The notes under the pieces were generated by a model. The model was not told the origin of the DNA. It did not search any database and worked only from the letters and a program-made list of their open reading frames with translations. 64,000 bases of DNA from Nannocystales bacterium (GTDB lineage: Bacteria; Myxococcota_A; Polyangia; Nannocystales; Nannocystaceae). Location of the stretch: contig JBOEGF010000018.1 of assembly GCA_050633305.1 (NCBI GenBank), positions 896,001-960,000 of the forward strand, written 5' to 3'. The translations under genes and the position numbers were made by a program. Positions 39,183-48,512 of this stretch are shown here, in pieces (within the stretch, counting starts at the first letter, position 1; every line of letters starts with the position of its first letter).

Positions 39183-40292
39183 ATGACGCGGCGCGCTGCA
39201 GCCCTGTGCGCATTCCTGGCGATGCTCGGGTGCAACCAGTCCTCGGGCGTGAAGGTCCAGATCGGCGAGTCCGCGACGAAGACGCCCGAGCCTTCCGGTC
39301 CCGTGGCGATCATCGTCTCCGTCCCCGCAAAGCGCGCGCTCGCCGACGCCAACGCGTGGCTGGTGGATGACGGCGTTACGCCATTGGGCACTGCGGTCCG
39401 CAAGCCCGGGCTCGCCATGGTGGTCCACTTCGTCGATGACAGCCGCCCCATCCTCTACAACCGGCTCCACCGGCTGACGTATCACGGGCACACCGCCAAG
39501 TTCGGCGAGGCGTTCCCCGTCGAAGCCGAAGACCTCATCGAGTTTGGCGTGGAGCCTCCCGCCGACTCCGTGTGGGTTTTCGGCCCCCTGGGTCCGTGCA
39601 GCGCGACCGTGGGTCAGCCTTGGATCGGCCGCCCATCCACCGATGTCCGGGTGTTCGAAGTCAGCTATGCGCTCGAGGGGTGTGGGACCGAAGGACGCTG
39701 GGCTCCAGTCGCCTCGGCGGCGGTCGCGATGCCGGTTGGGGTCAGGTGGGTGGAGGCCGAGGCTTCGGCGGACGCCACGCTCGAGCGTGCGGCCGCGTGG
39801 GAGCATCCCCTGGGTGCATTCGCGACGCCGCCCGAGTCCGAGGCTCCGACCTCGGTTGTCGCCCACGCTCGATGGGTGGATGCGTCTCCTCGTCCGGCCC
39901 AGGCGCTGCTCACCGCGGTCGAGTCCTCGTCGGAGGGACGATGCGGCCTGGAATCACATCGCGCAACGCTGGGGTGGTGGCGCGAGGATGGCTTCGAGCC
40001 GCTCGACGTCGACTGGCTCGACCCCGCAGATCCACCGCTGCTCGTGGGCGCACTGAGCTGGGGCGGCGAGACTTCTGCGCTCGTCTTCGACGACGGACTC
40101 GATGGTTTGCTCGCTGTCGTCCCCGCCGAGTACCCCGTCATGGGCGGCGATGACGGCGATAGTGACGACGATGGCGAGGGGGAGGGCGAGGTCGAGGGTC
40201 CTTCGACCTGGACCGTGCGTCCTCTTGTCGCGGGTCGTTGGAGCTCCCTCGACCGTCAGGGCGCAGCACTCCGGGTTCAGCCCGGGTGCTGA
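39183..40292 (+). CDS. Hypothetical lipoprotein
   Basis: MTRRAAALCAFLAMLGC lipobox; GC3-rich frame. Confidence 0.55.
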   Translation: MTRRAAALCAFLAMLGCNQSSGVKVQIGESATKTPEPSGPVAIIVSVPAKRALADANAWLVDDGVTPLGTAVRKPGLAMVVHFVDDSRPILYNRLHRLTYHGHTAKFGEAFPVEAEDLIEFGVEPPADSVWVFGPLGPCSATVGQPWIGRPSTDVRVFEVSYALEGCGTEGRWAPVASAAVAMPVGVRWVEAEASADATLERAAAWEHPLGAFATPPESEAPTSVVAHARWVDASPRPAQALLTAVESSSEGRCGLESHRATLGWWREDGFEPLDVDWLDPADPPLLVGALSWGGETSALVFDDGLDGLLAVVPAEYPVMGGDDGDSDDDGEGEGEVEGPSTWTVRPLVAGRWSSLDRQGAALRVQPGC

Positions 40293-40299
40293 GCTGACC

Positions 40300-41199
40300 T
40301 CAGCCGCGCTCGGGATCGGAGAGCATCTCGGCCAACAGGTCGAAGACAGTGCGCACACGCTTGGAGGTGTGGAGCTCGCGGTGCGACACGAGCCAGATCG
40401 GGAAACCCACGGACTCGACGCCAGGCAGCGCGCGTTCGATCCCGGGTTCGGCGTCTCCGACCAGGCTCGCTTGGACGCCGACGCCGAGCCCTTGTTTGAC
40501 CATCTCCCACTGCACGAGGTGACTCCCGCATGCGTACCGGATGTTCTCGCAGCTGAGCTCGAGACCCAGCGTGGCCAGGCGCTCCAAGACCTCCGGGCCT
40601 CGGTCCCACGTGATGAGGTCGCAGGTCTTGAGGCGCTCCGGCGTCATCGGGCGCCCGACACGGTCGAGGTAGCTCGATGCGGCGTACAGGTGCCCGTCTG
40701 CTTCGCCAACCTTCTTCGCGACCAAGTCCGGGTGCTCGGGTCGCACGTTTCGAACCGCGATGTCCGCCTCTCGGCGCAGCAGATCGATCTGGTCGTCAGT
40801 CGCGACGACGTCGACGGAGATGCCCGGCGCCACCTCGCGCAGCCGAGCAAGGATGGGGGGTAGGAGGTATGCCGAGAACGACTGGCTCGCGCTGACCGAG
40901 ACGATGCCCTCGATAGCTTGGGATTGGCCCGTCGCCGCCAACGAGACCCGGCTCGCAGCTTCGCCCATCGCTCGAACGTGTTCGAGCAAGTCGCTGCCAG
41001 ACTCGGTCAGCACGAGCCGACGTCCAACGCGTTCGAAAAGGGTCACGTCCAACTCGCCCTCGAGCGCGTCGACCTGACGGCCGAGCGTGGGCTGCGACAT
41101 CCCGAGTGCCTTCGCGGCGGCGGACAGGGAACCTTCTTCCGCGGTGACGAGGAACGCCCGGGCTCGGTTCCAGTCGAAACGGACGGTGCGCCAATCCAT
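40300..41199 (-). CDS. LysR-family transcriptional regulator
   Basis: FDWNRARAFLVTAEEGSLSAAA..SQPTLGRQV..LFER; RREADIAVR. Confidence 0.93.
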   Translation of the reverse strand: MDWRTVRFDWNRARAFLVTAEEGSLSAAAKALGMSQPTLGRQVDALEGELDVTLFERVGRRLVLTESGSDLLEHVRAMGEAASRVSLAATGQSQAIEGIVSVSASQSFSAYLLPPILARLREVAPGISVDVVATDDQIDLLRREADIAVRNVRPEHPDLVAKKVGEADGHLYAASSYLDRVGRPMTPERLKTCDLITWDRGPEVLERLATLGLELSCENIRYACGSHLVQWEMVKQGLGVGVQASLVGDAEPGIERALPGVESVGFPIWLVSHRELHTSKRVRTVFDLLAEMLSDPERG

Positions 41200-41269
41200 G
41201 CATGAATGCATACCGCATCACCGGATCCGGAGGCTGTGCTTCGCGTCGCACGACCCTATGCTCGATGGC

Positions 41270-42271
41270 ATGCATGCCATCGTCGCTCAGCGGTACGGTC
41301 CTCCCGATGTCCTGGAGATCGTCGAACGCGAGGAGCCGGAGTGTTCGCAGGATGGCCTGCTGATCGAGGTGTGGGCCACATCGGTGACCGCGGCGGAATG
41401 GCGGATTCGAGCCGGGGACTTCGGGACTGGGTTTTCATGGCTTGGCCGCTTGATGTTCGGCCTCCGGCGGCCGCGGCAGCCCACGACGGGGCAGGAATTC
41501 GCCGGTCGTGTGCTCCAGGTTGGGCCCGCTGTGACGGGTTTTGCGGTGGGCGATGACGTGTTTGGCGTTCGCGCGGGTGCGAACGCCGAGCGCATCGCCA
41601 TGCCCGCCTCGGGGGTCGTCACGCGGATGCCGTCCGGTCTGACGCACGCCCAGGCGGTGTCACTCCCGTTCGGTGGTCTGTGCGCCATCGACTTCCTCGA
41701 GGACAAGGCACAGCTGCGGGCCGGGGAGCGTGTGTTGATCGTCGGAGCTTCCGGGGGGGTGGGTGCGTATCTCGTCCAGGTCGCCGCGTCCCTGGGTGCG
41801 CACGTGACCGCCGTATGCAGCGGACCCAACGCAGCGTTCGTCCGAGAGCTTGGCGCGAATTCGGTCGTCGACTATCGGGTGACAGATCCACAGACGCTCC
41901 CGGGCCCGTACGACGTGGTCGTCGACACCATCGGCAAGACATCTTTCCGGCGATTTCGCCCCATGCTCTCTCAGACCGGTCGTCACGTCTTCATCGAGGG
42001 GGGTGCGTGGGAACTCCTCCAATCGCTGCTCCCACGCTTCGGTCCAGGTCCCCGGGTCGTCGGCGGCGTGACCGAGGACTCCCGGGAAGGACTCGAGCGG
42101 CTCAGGGAGAGGGTCGAGGCGGGCAGGATTCGGCCGGTGTTGGGACATCGCTATTCGATGCACGACGTCGTCGAGGCCCACAGGTTGGTGGAGTCTCGAC
42201 ATCGCCGCGGCGCAGTCGTCCTCGACTTCGGGGTGTCCCGATCCGAGCCGGTGCCCGTCCCGACCCCGTGA
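41270..42271 (+). CDS. NAD(P)-dependent MDR-family oxidoreductase (quinone reductase-like)
   Basis: YGPPDVL, GQEFAGRV..VG..V..F.VGDDVFG, GASGGVG; divergent from LysR. Confidence 0.88.
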   Translation: MHAIVAQRYGPPDVLEIVEREEPECSQDGLLIEVWATSVTAAEWRIRAGDFGTGFSWLGRLMFGLRRPRQPTTGQEFAGRVLQVGPAVTGFAVGDDVFGVRAGANAERIAMPASGVVTRMPSGLTHAQAVSLPFGGLCAIDFLEDKAQLRAGERVLIVGASGGVGAYLVQVAASLGAHVTAVCSGPNAAFVRELGANSVVDYRVTDPQTLPGPYDVVVDTIGKTSFRRFRPMLSQTGRHVFIEGGAWELLQSLLPRFGPGPRVVGGVTEDSREGLERLRERVEAGRIRPVLGHRYSMHDVVEAHRLVESRHRRGAVVLDFGVSRSEPVPVPTP

Positions 42272-42312
42272 CCGGCCTCTGAACACGCCGGTCTCGCTGG
42301 TACTCTTGCCCC

Positions 42313-42891
42313 ATGGCTGCTCGACTCGCCTCGTTTGTCGTTGCCACCGCGCTCTGGGCGGGCGGCTGTGGTTTCTTCATGGAGCCCAAGCCGGACCTCG
42401 AGAACAAGAAGACCGCGGAGATCGGGAACTTCTCCGTCGAGTACCCCGGCAACTGGGAGACGGAGTTCGAGAGCGAAGACCTCGATGGCGTGAAATTCTC
42501 TTCTCTGACCATCGAGAGTGCTGGCAACGCGATCGCGGTGATCCAGGTCTTCGAGCCCGGTGTCGAGCTCGGCCCGGACGAGGTGTTCGAGATGTACGCC
42601 GAGGGGATGGTCGAAGCCTCGAAGACGGAGTTCGGCGGGGTCGTGGGGGTGTCCGTGCACAGCAAGAAAGACTTCACCCGCGGAGTCTTGGGGACCACCT
42701 GGGTCGGGCGCACCGGGACCGTAGATGTGAAGCTACTGGGCGAGAAGGTGCCCAATCGGATCCAGACCCTGCAGCACCACTCTGAGCAGCGCACCGTGGT
42801 CGTCGTGGTCCAAGCCCCCACCGAGGACTGGAAAACCGCCAACCACGGCTTCGATGCGATCTACGACGGCTTGAAAGAGGCCGAGGGCTAA
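42313..42891 (+). CDS. Hypothetical lipoprotein
   Basis: Signal peptide ending in AGGC; GC3-rich frame. Confidence 0.6.
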   Translation: MAARLASFVVATALWAGGCGFFMEPKPDLENKKTAEIGNFSVEYPGNWETEFESEDLDGVKFSSLTIESAGNAIAVIQVFEPGVELGPDEVFEMYAEGMVEASKTEFGGVVGVSVHSKKDFTRGVLGTTWVGRTGTVDVKLLGEKVPNRIQTLQHHSEQRTVVVVVQAPTEDWKTANHGFDAIYDGLKEAEG

Positions 42892-42902
42892 CCAACGCAA
42901 GA

Positions 42903-42932
42903 GGCCGTCGCGCGGAGAGTCTGCGGACGGCC
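42903..42932. terminator. GC-rich hairpin between convergent genes, possible bidirectional terminator
   Basis: GGCCGTC-g-CGCGGA-gag-TCTGCG-GACGGCC; no clear U-tract. Confidence 0.35.
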
Positions 42933-42954
42933 CCAGAGTGAAGAACGAGAGGTT

Positions 42955-43479
42955 CTACTCCGACTTCGCGACGACGAACTCCACGCGTCGGTTCTTTTCG
43001 TGGCACTCGTCCGAGTCGTCGCTGCAGGTCGGCTCTTCTTCGCCGGCGCCGCGCGCGTCGATGGTTTGCGACACACCGCGCTCACGCAGCGCGTTGACGA
43101 CCGCGTTGGCGCGGCGCTCCGAGAGCTCCTTGTTGTGCGCGTCGTCGCCGGTGCTGTCGGTGTGGCCGATGACGTGCACGGTCGAGAGCTCCGTGTGGTT
43201 GGTCAGCGCGGTTGCGATGTGGTCGAGGATCTCGGTCGAGTCGTCGAGAATCTTGTCGCTGTCGCTGGCGAAGTGGATCTTCTTGTCGATGGTCAGGTGG
43301 TCGCCTTCGACGTGCACGTCGCTGGGGTCCTCGGCAACCGGGGCGGGCTCAGGCTCAGGCTCAGGCTCAGCCGCTGCGACGGGGGCGGGCTCAGGCTCAG
43401 CGGGAGCGGGCACGTCCTTCTTGCAGGCGACGACGGAAGCAAGGGCGGCGGTGAGAACGAGCAATCGGGAAGTCAGCAT
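42955..43479 (-). CDS. OmpA-family peptidoglycan-binding lipoprotein
   Basis: Lipobox VVAC, PEPEP linker, IHFASDS, GHTDSTG..N..LSERRA, NRRVEF. Confidence 0.92.
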   Translation of the reverse strand: MLTSRLLVLTAALASVVACKKDVPAPAEPEPAPVAAAEPEPEPEPAPVAEDPSDVHVEGDHLTIDKKIHFASDSDKILDDSTEILDHIATALTNHTELSTVHVIGHTDSTGDDAHNKELSERRANAVVNALRERGVSQTIDARGAGEEEPTCSDDSDECHEKNRRVEFVVAKSE

Positions 43480-43837
43480 GAGGCACTCCTAGCGCGGTTC
43501 GGCCCCCTGCGGGTGGGGCGTCTTGCCCGCTTGACCGCGTTGAGGGGAATTCGGCCGATTCGTCCCGGGCCCGTGGGGCAGAACGCACCGGGCGGAGAGC
43601 GCGTGTGCGGGGCAGGAGGGGGCATTCGAGCGGGTGGCCCGCGGGAGTCGTCCGGCTCGACGGCCTGAGCGTGAAGATCTGCCCGTCGCGGGGGTCACGT
43701 GGAGAACGAACGCACGGGGCGAGCGCCGTCGACCGCCGATCTCCGCCTGGCGGACGACGCCTGTCATCACAGGGGGCGGCGACTCGGTGCGAGACCCTGC
43801 GTCCGGCCCAAGACTGCGCTCAGGACTGTGGATGAAG

Positions 43838-43854
43838 TTGCAACTGGATTGCAT
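43838..43854. promoter_or_regulatory. Palindromic operator TTGCAAC-TGG-ATTGCAT (Zur/Fur-family-like)
   Basis: Inverted repeat 76 nt upstream of tldD; a near-identical copy sits at 46862. Confidence 0.6.
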
Positions 43855-43930
43855 TATAAGAAGTGAAACCGTTGGCGACGTTGCTGGGTCCCACGCCCGC
43901 ACCGACTTCGCGCGGGCACGAGGTACTGCT

Positions 43931-45502
43931 GTGACCGATTTTCTCCTCCGACGCACCTTCCTTCAAAGCGCTGCCGCAGGAGGGGCCATCGTGACGGCCC
44001 CGGCTGTCCTTGCTGGCTGCTCCAAGAGCCCGACCGTGGGCGCGAGCTCGAGCCCGAGCCCGTTGGCCAAGAGTCCTGCCCCCGCGAACCCCTTCGAGGA
44101 GTGGTATGGCCTCGATGAGGCGGCCGTTCGGAAGGCGATGGCAACGCTGTCGTCTCGGGGCGCCGACCATGCGGACATCTACTTCCAACACACGCGCAAC
44201 AACAGCGTGGTGTACCAGGACGGCATCATCGCGCGCGCCAGCACCAACGTCATGCAAGGGGTCGGGATGCGTGTCGTGGTCGGGGGCAAGGTCGGCTACG
44301 CCTACACGGAAGAGCTCACGCCCGAGGCCCTCGAACGAACCGCAAAAAGTGCAGCTCTGTTCGCGACCGGGTCTCCGACTGCTCCGCCCGCATCGTTCGC
44401 GGCGGTCGGTCGACCGGACCGCTACCAACTGGTCGTGCCGTGGTCCGAAGTTGGGGTGGACCAGAAACTCCCCCTGATTCAGAAGGTCGCCAAGATGGCG
44501 CGAGCGTCTGACCCCGCCATCGACAAGGTGTCGGTCCGCTGGACCGACGGCGATGAGCGCGTTCTCGTGGCCACGCTCGATGGGAAGTACGTCACCGATG
44601 TTCGTCCGATGACGCGCTTGAGCATCGACCTCACGGCAAAGAAGAACGGGCAGACCCAGTCCGGCGGTTCGAACCTCGCGGCCCGTGATGGCATGGCGTT
44701 CTACACCGACGAACGGCTGAAGACGGTTGTCGAGGAGGCCCGGGACCGGACCCTCATCCTCTTCGATGCGCGTCGACCCCAAGCTGGCGATATGCCGGTC
44801 GTGTTGGCGGCAGGGGCCAGCGGCATCTTGTTGCACGAGGCCATCGGTCACGGCATGGAAGCGGACTTCAACCGTAAGGACGTCTCGATTTACGCCGACA
44901 TGCTCGGCAAGAAAATCGCCCCGGACTTCGTGACGATCGTCGATGACGGAACATTGGACAACGAGCGCGGGTCCCTCAACGTCGACGACGAAGGGAACGA
45001 AGCCCAGCGCACGGTCCTGGTCGAGAACGGCGTGCTGGTCAGCTACCTGCACGACCGAATCAGCGCCGAACACTACGGCGTTGCGCCGACGGGGTCGGGA
45101 CGTCGCGAATCGTACAAACACGCGCCTCTGCCCCGCATGCGGGCGACCTACATGGAGAACGGCCCGCACAGCCGCGACGAGATCGTCGCTTCGGTGAAGA
45201 ATGGGATCATCGCCGAGACGTTCACCAACGGACAGGTCCAGATCGGCGCAGGCGACTTCACCTTCTACATCAAGAACGGCTGGCTGATCGAAGACGGCAA
45301 GGTGACCGCGCCCATCAAGGATACGAACATCATCGGCAACGGTCCTGAAGCGCTTCGCAAGGTCACGATGGCTGGCAATGATTCCAAACTCGATACGGGC
45401 GGGTGGACGTGCGGCAAAGATGGCCAAGGTGTTCCTGTCTCGCAGGGGCTGCCGACCGTGCTGGTCTCCGGGATGAACGTGGGAGGTGAGAATCGTGCCT
45501 AA
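43931..45502 (+). CDS. tldD: TldD metalloprotease subunit with a Tat-lipoprotein signal
   Basis: GILLHEAIGHGMEAD, DDGT, DDEG, GSGRRESY..PRM, CGKDGQ.VPVSQG.PT; N-terminal RRTFLQ..LAGC. Confidence 0.9.
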   Translation: MTDFLLRRTFLQSAAAGGAIVTAPAVLAGCSKSPTVGASSSPSPLAKSPAPANPFEEWYGLDEAAVRKAMATLSSRGADHADIYFQHTRNNSVVYQDGIIARASTNVMQGVGMRVVVGGKVGYAYTEELTPEALERTAKSAALFATGSPTAPPASFAAVGRPDRYQLVVPWSEVGVDQKLPLIQKVAKMARASDPAIDKVSVRWTDGDERVLVATLDGKYVTDVRPMTRLSIDLTAKKNGQTQSGGSNLAARDGMAFYTDERLKTVVEEARDRTLILFDARRPQAGDMPVVLAAGASGILLHEAIGHGMEADFNRKDVSIYADMLGKKIAPDFVTIVDDGTLDNERGSLNVDDEGNEAQRTVLVENGVLVSYLHDRISAEHYGVAPTGSGRRESYKHAPLPRMRATYMENGPHSRDEIVASVKNGIIAETFTNGQVQIGAGDFTFYIKNGWLIEDGKVTAPIKDTNIIGNGPEALRKVTMAGNDSKLDTGGWTCGKDGQGVPVSQGLPTVLVSGMNVGGENRA

Positions 45503-46808
45503 TACACTCTTGGATGGTGCAGAACTGGCAGTCGCGTTGGCTCAAGAGGGCGGCGCCGATGGAGCGTTCGCCTCGATGAGCCGGTCTCGTCAAGTGTCCC
45601 TCGAGGTGCGCGACCAGGAACTCGAGAAGGTGCAAGAAAGCACCGATACCTCGCTGCGGTTGCAGGTGTACGTCGACGGGCGGTACTCGGTCCACGGGAC
45701 CAACGACCTCTCCCCTGACGCGCTGCAGGTGTTTGTGGACGAGGCCGTCGCGCTGACGCGTGCGCTCGAGGTGGACGCGTATCGCGAACTTCCAGATCCC
45801 GCTCGATACGCGCACACCCAGCCCGCGCTTGATCTGCGTGATCCCGCGGTGGAGTCGCAGAGCCTGGAGGCTCGCCTCGAGCGGGCGATGGCACTCAACG
45901 CCCGCCTTGCGGGCAAGGACAAGGTCATCTCCGCAACTGCGTCGGTGTTCGACGGATCCGGCGAGAGTGGGGCGGTGAGTTCGAACGGTTTCGCGGCGAG
46001 CTATCGCAGTACGTCGACGGGGATGCACGGCAACGTCACCCTGCGTGGTGAGGGCGACAAGCGCCCCGAGGATGGCTGGGGCATGTATGCACGCCACCTC
46101 GCCACACTTCAGTCACCCGCCTCGATCGGGGACGAAGCGATGCGCCGGGCGCGTCTGCGTTTGGGCAGTAAGAAGGGGCCGACGACGAAGACGACGATGG
46201 TCGTCAGCCGAGATGCCGCTGCCTCCCTCATCGTGAGACTGATCGGCCCCGCGAGCGGCGGTGCGGTCCAGCAGGGCCGCTCGATGTGGGCGGGGAAGCT
46301 CGGCCAGCAACTCGTCAGCGAGAAGCTCGACATCGTCAGCAATCCGCTCATCCCGGGCGCTGTCGGATCCCACCCGTTCGACGATGAGGGAGCCGCTGCG
46401 TTCGAGATGCCCATCATCAAGAACGGGGCGCTTCAGCACTACTTCCTCAACTCGTACTACGCACGCAAGCTCGACACGAAGCCCACCACCGGTCGTTGGG
46501 GCAACATCATCGTTCGGCCTGGCAAGCGCGACCTCGATGCGATCGTGTCGGACGTTGGCACCGGCGTCTACGTGACCTCGTGGTTGGGTGGCAACGCCGA
46601 TTCGACAACGGGAGACTTTTCGTTCGGCCTCCGCGGACACCTGATCGAAGGTGGGCGCGTGGGCGCACCCGTGGGCGAGATGAACGTGACGGGCAACCTG
46701 TTGGCTCTGTTCACAGACTTGCAGGAGGTCGGGAGCGACCCGTACGAACACTCCACGCTTCGCGTTCCCACGCTCGTGTTTCGCGACGTTCAGTTCAGCG
46801 GAACCTGA
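45486..46808 (+). CDS. pmbA: TldE/PmbA subunit
   Basis: PFDDEG, LNSYYARKL, TTGDFSFG..G, EMNVTGN; no HExxxH; overlaps the tldD stop. Confidence 0.88.
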   Translation: MRIVPNTLLDGAELAVALAQEGGADGAFASMSRSRQVSLEVRDQELEKVQESTDTSLRLQVYVDGRYSVHGTNDLSPDALQVFVDEAVALTRALEVDAYRELPDPARYAHTQPALDLRDPAVESQSLEARLERAMALNARLAGKDKVISATASVFDGSGESGAVSSNGFAASYRSTSTGMHGNVTLRGEGDKRPEDGWGMYARHLATLQSPASIGDEAMRRARLRLGSKKGPTTKTTMVVSRDAAASLIVRLIGPASGGAVQQGRSMWAGKLGQQLVSEKLDIVSNPLIPGAVGSHPFDDEGAAAFEMPIIKNGALQHYFLNSYYARKLDTKPTTGRWGNIIVRPGKRDLDAIVSDVGTGVYVTSWLGGNADSTTGDFSFGLRGHLIEGGRVGAPVGEMNVTGNLLALFTDLQEVGSDPYEHSTLRVPTLVFRDVQFSGT

Positions 46809-46861
46809 GGAACACCCCCAGGGAGCGGCAAGACGCCGCGATGCTCGCGGGTCTCCATGTC

Positions 46862-46878
46862 ATGCAACCGGCTTGCAT
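46862..46878. promoter_or_regulatory. Palindromic operator ATGCAAC-CGG-CTTGCAT (Zur/Fur-family-like)
   Basis: Inverted repeat 96 nt upstream of the COG0523 gene; matches the site at 43838. Confidence 0.65.
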
Positions 46879-46974
46879 GTGAAGCCCGGGCGCGTATGCT
46901 CGCCGCCGCGGAATCGACCAGGCAGGAACCTCCTGCTTCCGCGGCGGCGTTTCGCCGTTGAGGAGGATGTATCC

Positions 46975-48045
46975 ATGCAGCGCACACGAGTGACCATTCT
47001 TTCCGGCTTCCTTGGCGCCGGAAAGACCACCCTGCTCAACGCACTTCTTCGCGACACGCCCGAGCCGCTGGGTGTGATCGTCAACGACTTTGGATCGGTC
47101 AACATCGACGCGGCTCTGGTTGCCGGACAGACTTCGCTCGATGGCGAGGTCGCGCTTCAGAACGGCTGCATCTGCTGCACCATCCGCGGAGACCTGCTTG
47201 CCGCGCTGCTTCGTCTCTGTCGCCGCGAGAACCCGCCAAGGCACATCATCATTGAGGCCAGTGGGGTGTCCGACCCCGCTGCAGTCGCCCGCACGTTTGT
47301 GGATCCGCGGCTCGCGGACCAGGTTGAGCTCGCAGCCGTCGTCGGTTGTGTGGACCCGACCACCACGCCGGAGTTGACGGGTCGCGATCGGGAACTCGCG
47401 GTGGCACAGCTGCAGGTTTGCGACATCATCGTCTCCACCAAGCACGATGTGGCAACGGAGTCGGAGCAGGCTGCGATGGCAGACTTCATCAGCGCCGTAG
47501 CACCTCGTGCTCGTGTCGTGCCATCCTCTCTGAGCGCAGCGCCCACGGCTCTGGTGCTCGGCACGCCGAACCTCTGGGACGAAGCGCGGCTCGCGGGTAT
47601 CCCGACCGAAGACAACCCGGCACACGTGCACGAGGTCGGGGAGGACCACGGCCACCATCACCATCATGGCCACGCGTTTGAAACGTGGACCTTCGATGAG
47701 GAGTCCCCGCTCTCCGTGTACCGGCTTCGGCGCGCGCTGCTGCAGCTTCCAGTGTCGGTGTTCCGGGCAAAGGGCTTCGTGTATGTGGCCGAGGATCCGA
47801 AGGTGAGACTCCTGGTCCAGGTCGTCGGAGGCCGGGCGGAGCTCCGCACCGACGGCGAGTGGGCCGGCCCGCCTCGCACCGAGCTGGTGCTTCTTGGGCG
47901 CGAGGGCGGCCTAGACTCTGACGCGCTCGAGGCGTTGTTTCTCGGTTGTGTGCACGACGGAAGGCCTGCGCACGAAGCACACATGGAGGACATGCTGGGC
48001 TACTTCAACCGGTTGCTGAGCACCCTTCCGGGTCACCTCGGATGA
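46975..48045 (+). CDS. COG0523/CobW-family G3E GTPase metallochaperone
   Basis: SGFLGAGKTTLL, VNDFG, NGCICC, IEASG, TKHD, His-rich linker HGHHHHHGH, FRAKG C-domain; GAGGA RBS. Confidence 0.92.
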   Translation: MQRTRVTILSGFLGAGKTTLLNALLRDTPEPLGVIVNDFGSVNIDAALVAGQTSLDGEVALQNGCICCTIRGDLLAALLRLCRRENPPRHIIIEASGVSDPAAVARTFVDPRLADQVELAAVVGCVDPTTTPELTGRDRELAVAQLQVCDIIVSTKHDVATESEQAAMADFISAVAPRARVVPSSLSAAPTALVLGTPNLWDEARLAGIPTEDNPAHVHEVGEDHGHHHHHGHAFETWTFDEESPLSVYRLRRALLQLPVSVFRAKGFVYVAEDPKVRLLVQVVGGRAELRTDGEWAGPPRTELVLLGREGGLDSDALEALFLGCVHDGRPAHEAHMEDMLGYFNRLLSTLPGHLG

Positions 48046-48057
48046 GGTCGTCGGCTC

Positions 48058-48489
48058 TCAGGACTGGGTGTACCGTCGACGCCACAGCAGCACGAGGGTG
48101 AGCAGTGGCCAGCATGATGAGGAGGGGCCGACCCGGCATCCCGTTTCCTGCGAGGAGCTTTCATCGCCGCCGCCCGTTGTTCCCGGTGGCGGATCACCAA
48201 CCACGAGCGTGACCGCATCCGACGTCAAGACTTCTCCCGCCGCCCTTTCCGCCGTTGCTGTCAGGACATAGGTTCCCTCGGGGAACACCACATCGTGGAA
48301 GCCGTAGGGCAAGGTCGTGTCGCGCCCGATCTCGTCCCCGGCTCCGGTGATCGTTGCCGTGGCCCAGCTCTTCTTGCCCAAGGCGTCCCGCTCTCCGCCG
48401 AATCCAACCATCGCCACTTCGGTGCCGGGGGTGATGACACGCGTCGTCTGGACGGCGTCGATGCTGGTGGAGGTCTGAACGGCGACGAA
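48058..48489 (-). pseudogene. Remnant of a secreted trypsin-like/Ig-like protein with a MYXO-CTERM-like tail
   Basis: Open frame without a clear start; PGTEVAMVGFG..GKKSWATATI (S1-like fragment, no GDSGG), Ig-like strands, then GCRVG..WPLLTLVLLWRRR. Confidence 0.45.
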
Positions 48490-48512
48490 TCACGAGGCGC
48501 TGGACAAGGGCG

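Noticed and set aside
41198..41211. ATGCA-TGAA-TGCAT dyad as a third Zur-like box
   Set aside because: The spacing differs and it lacks the TGCAAC half-site; it sits at a LysR start and is more likely a LysR site.
43345..43400. GGCTCA short repeats
   Set aside because: They encode the ordinary PEPEP linker of the OmpA lipoprotein.
43489..43956. 155-aa minus-strand ORF in the ompA-tldD gap as a possible TldDE substrate peptide
   Set aside because: Arg/Pro/Ser-rich composition typical of non-coding GC-rich frames; it overlaps the tldD start and operator and has no precursor-like features.
46809..46974. Cobalamin riboswitch upstream of the CobW-like gene
   Set aside because: No recognisable B12-box elements and no cob genes nearby; the palindromic operator explains the region better.
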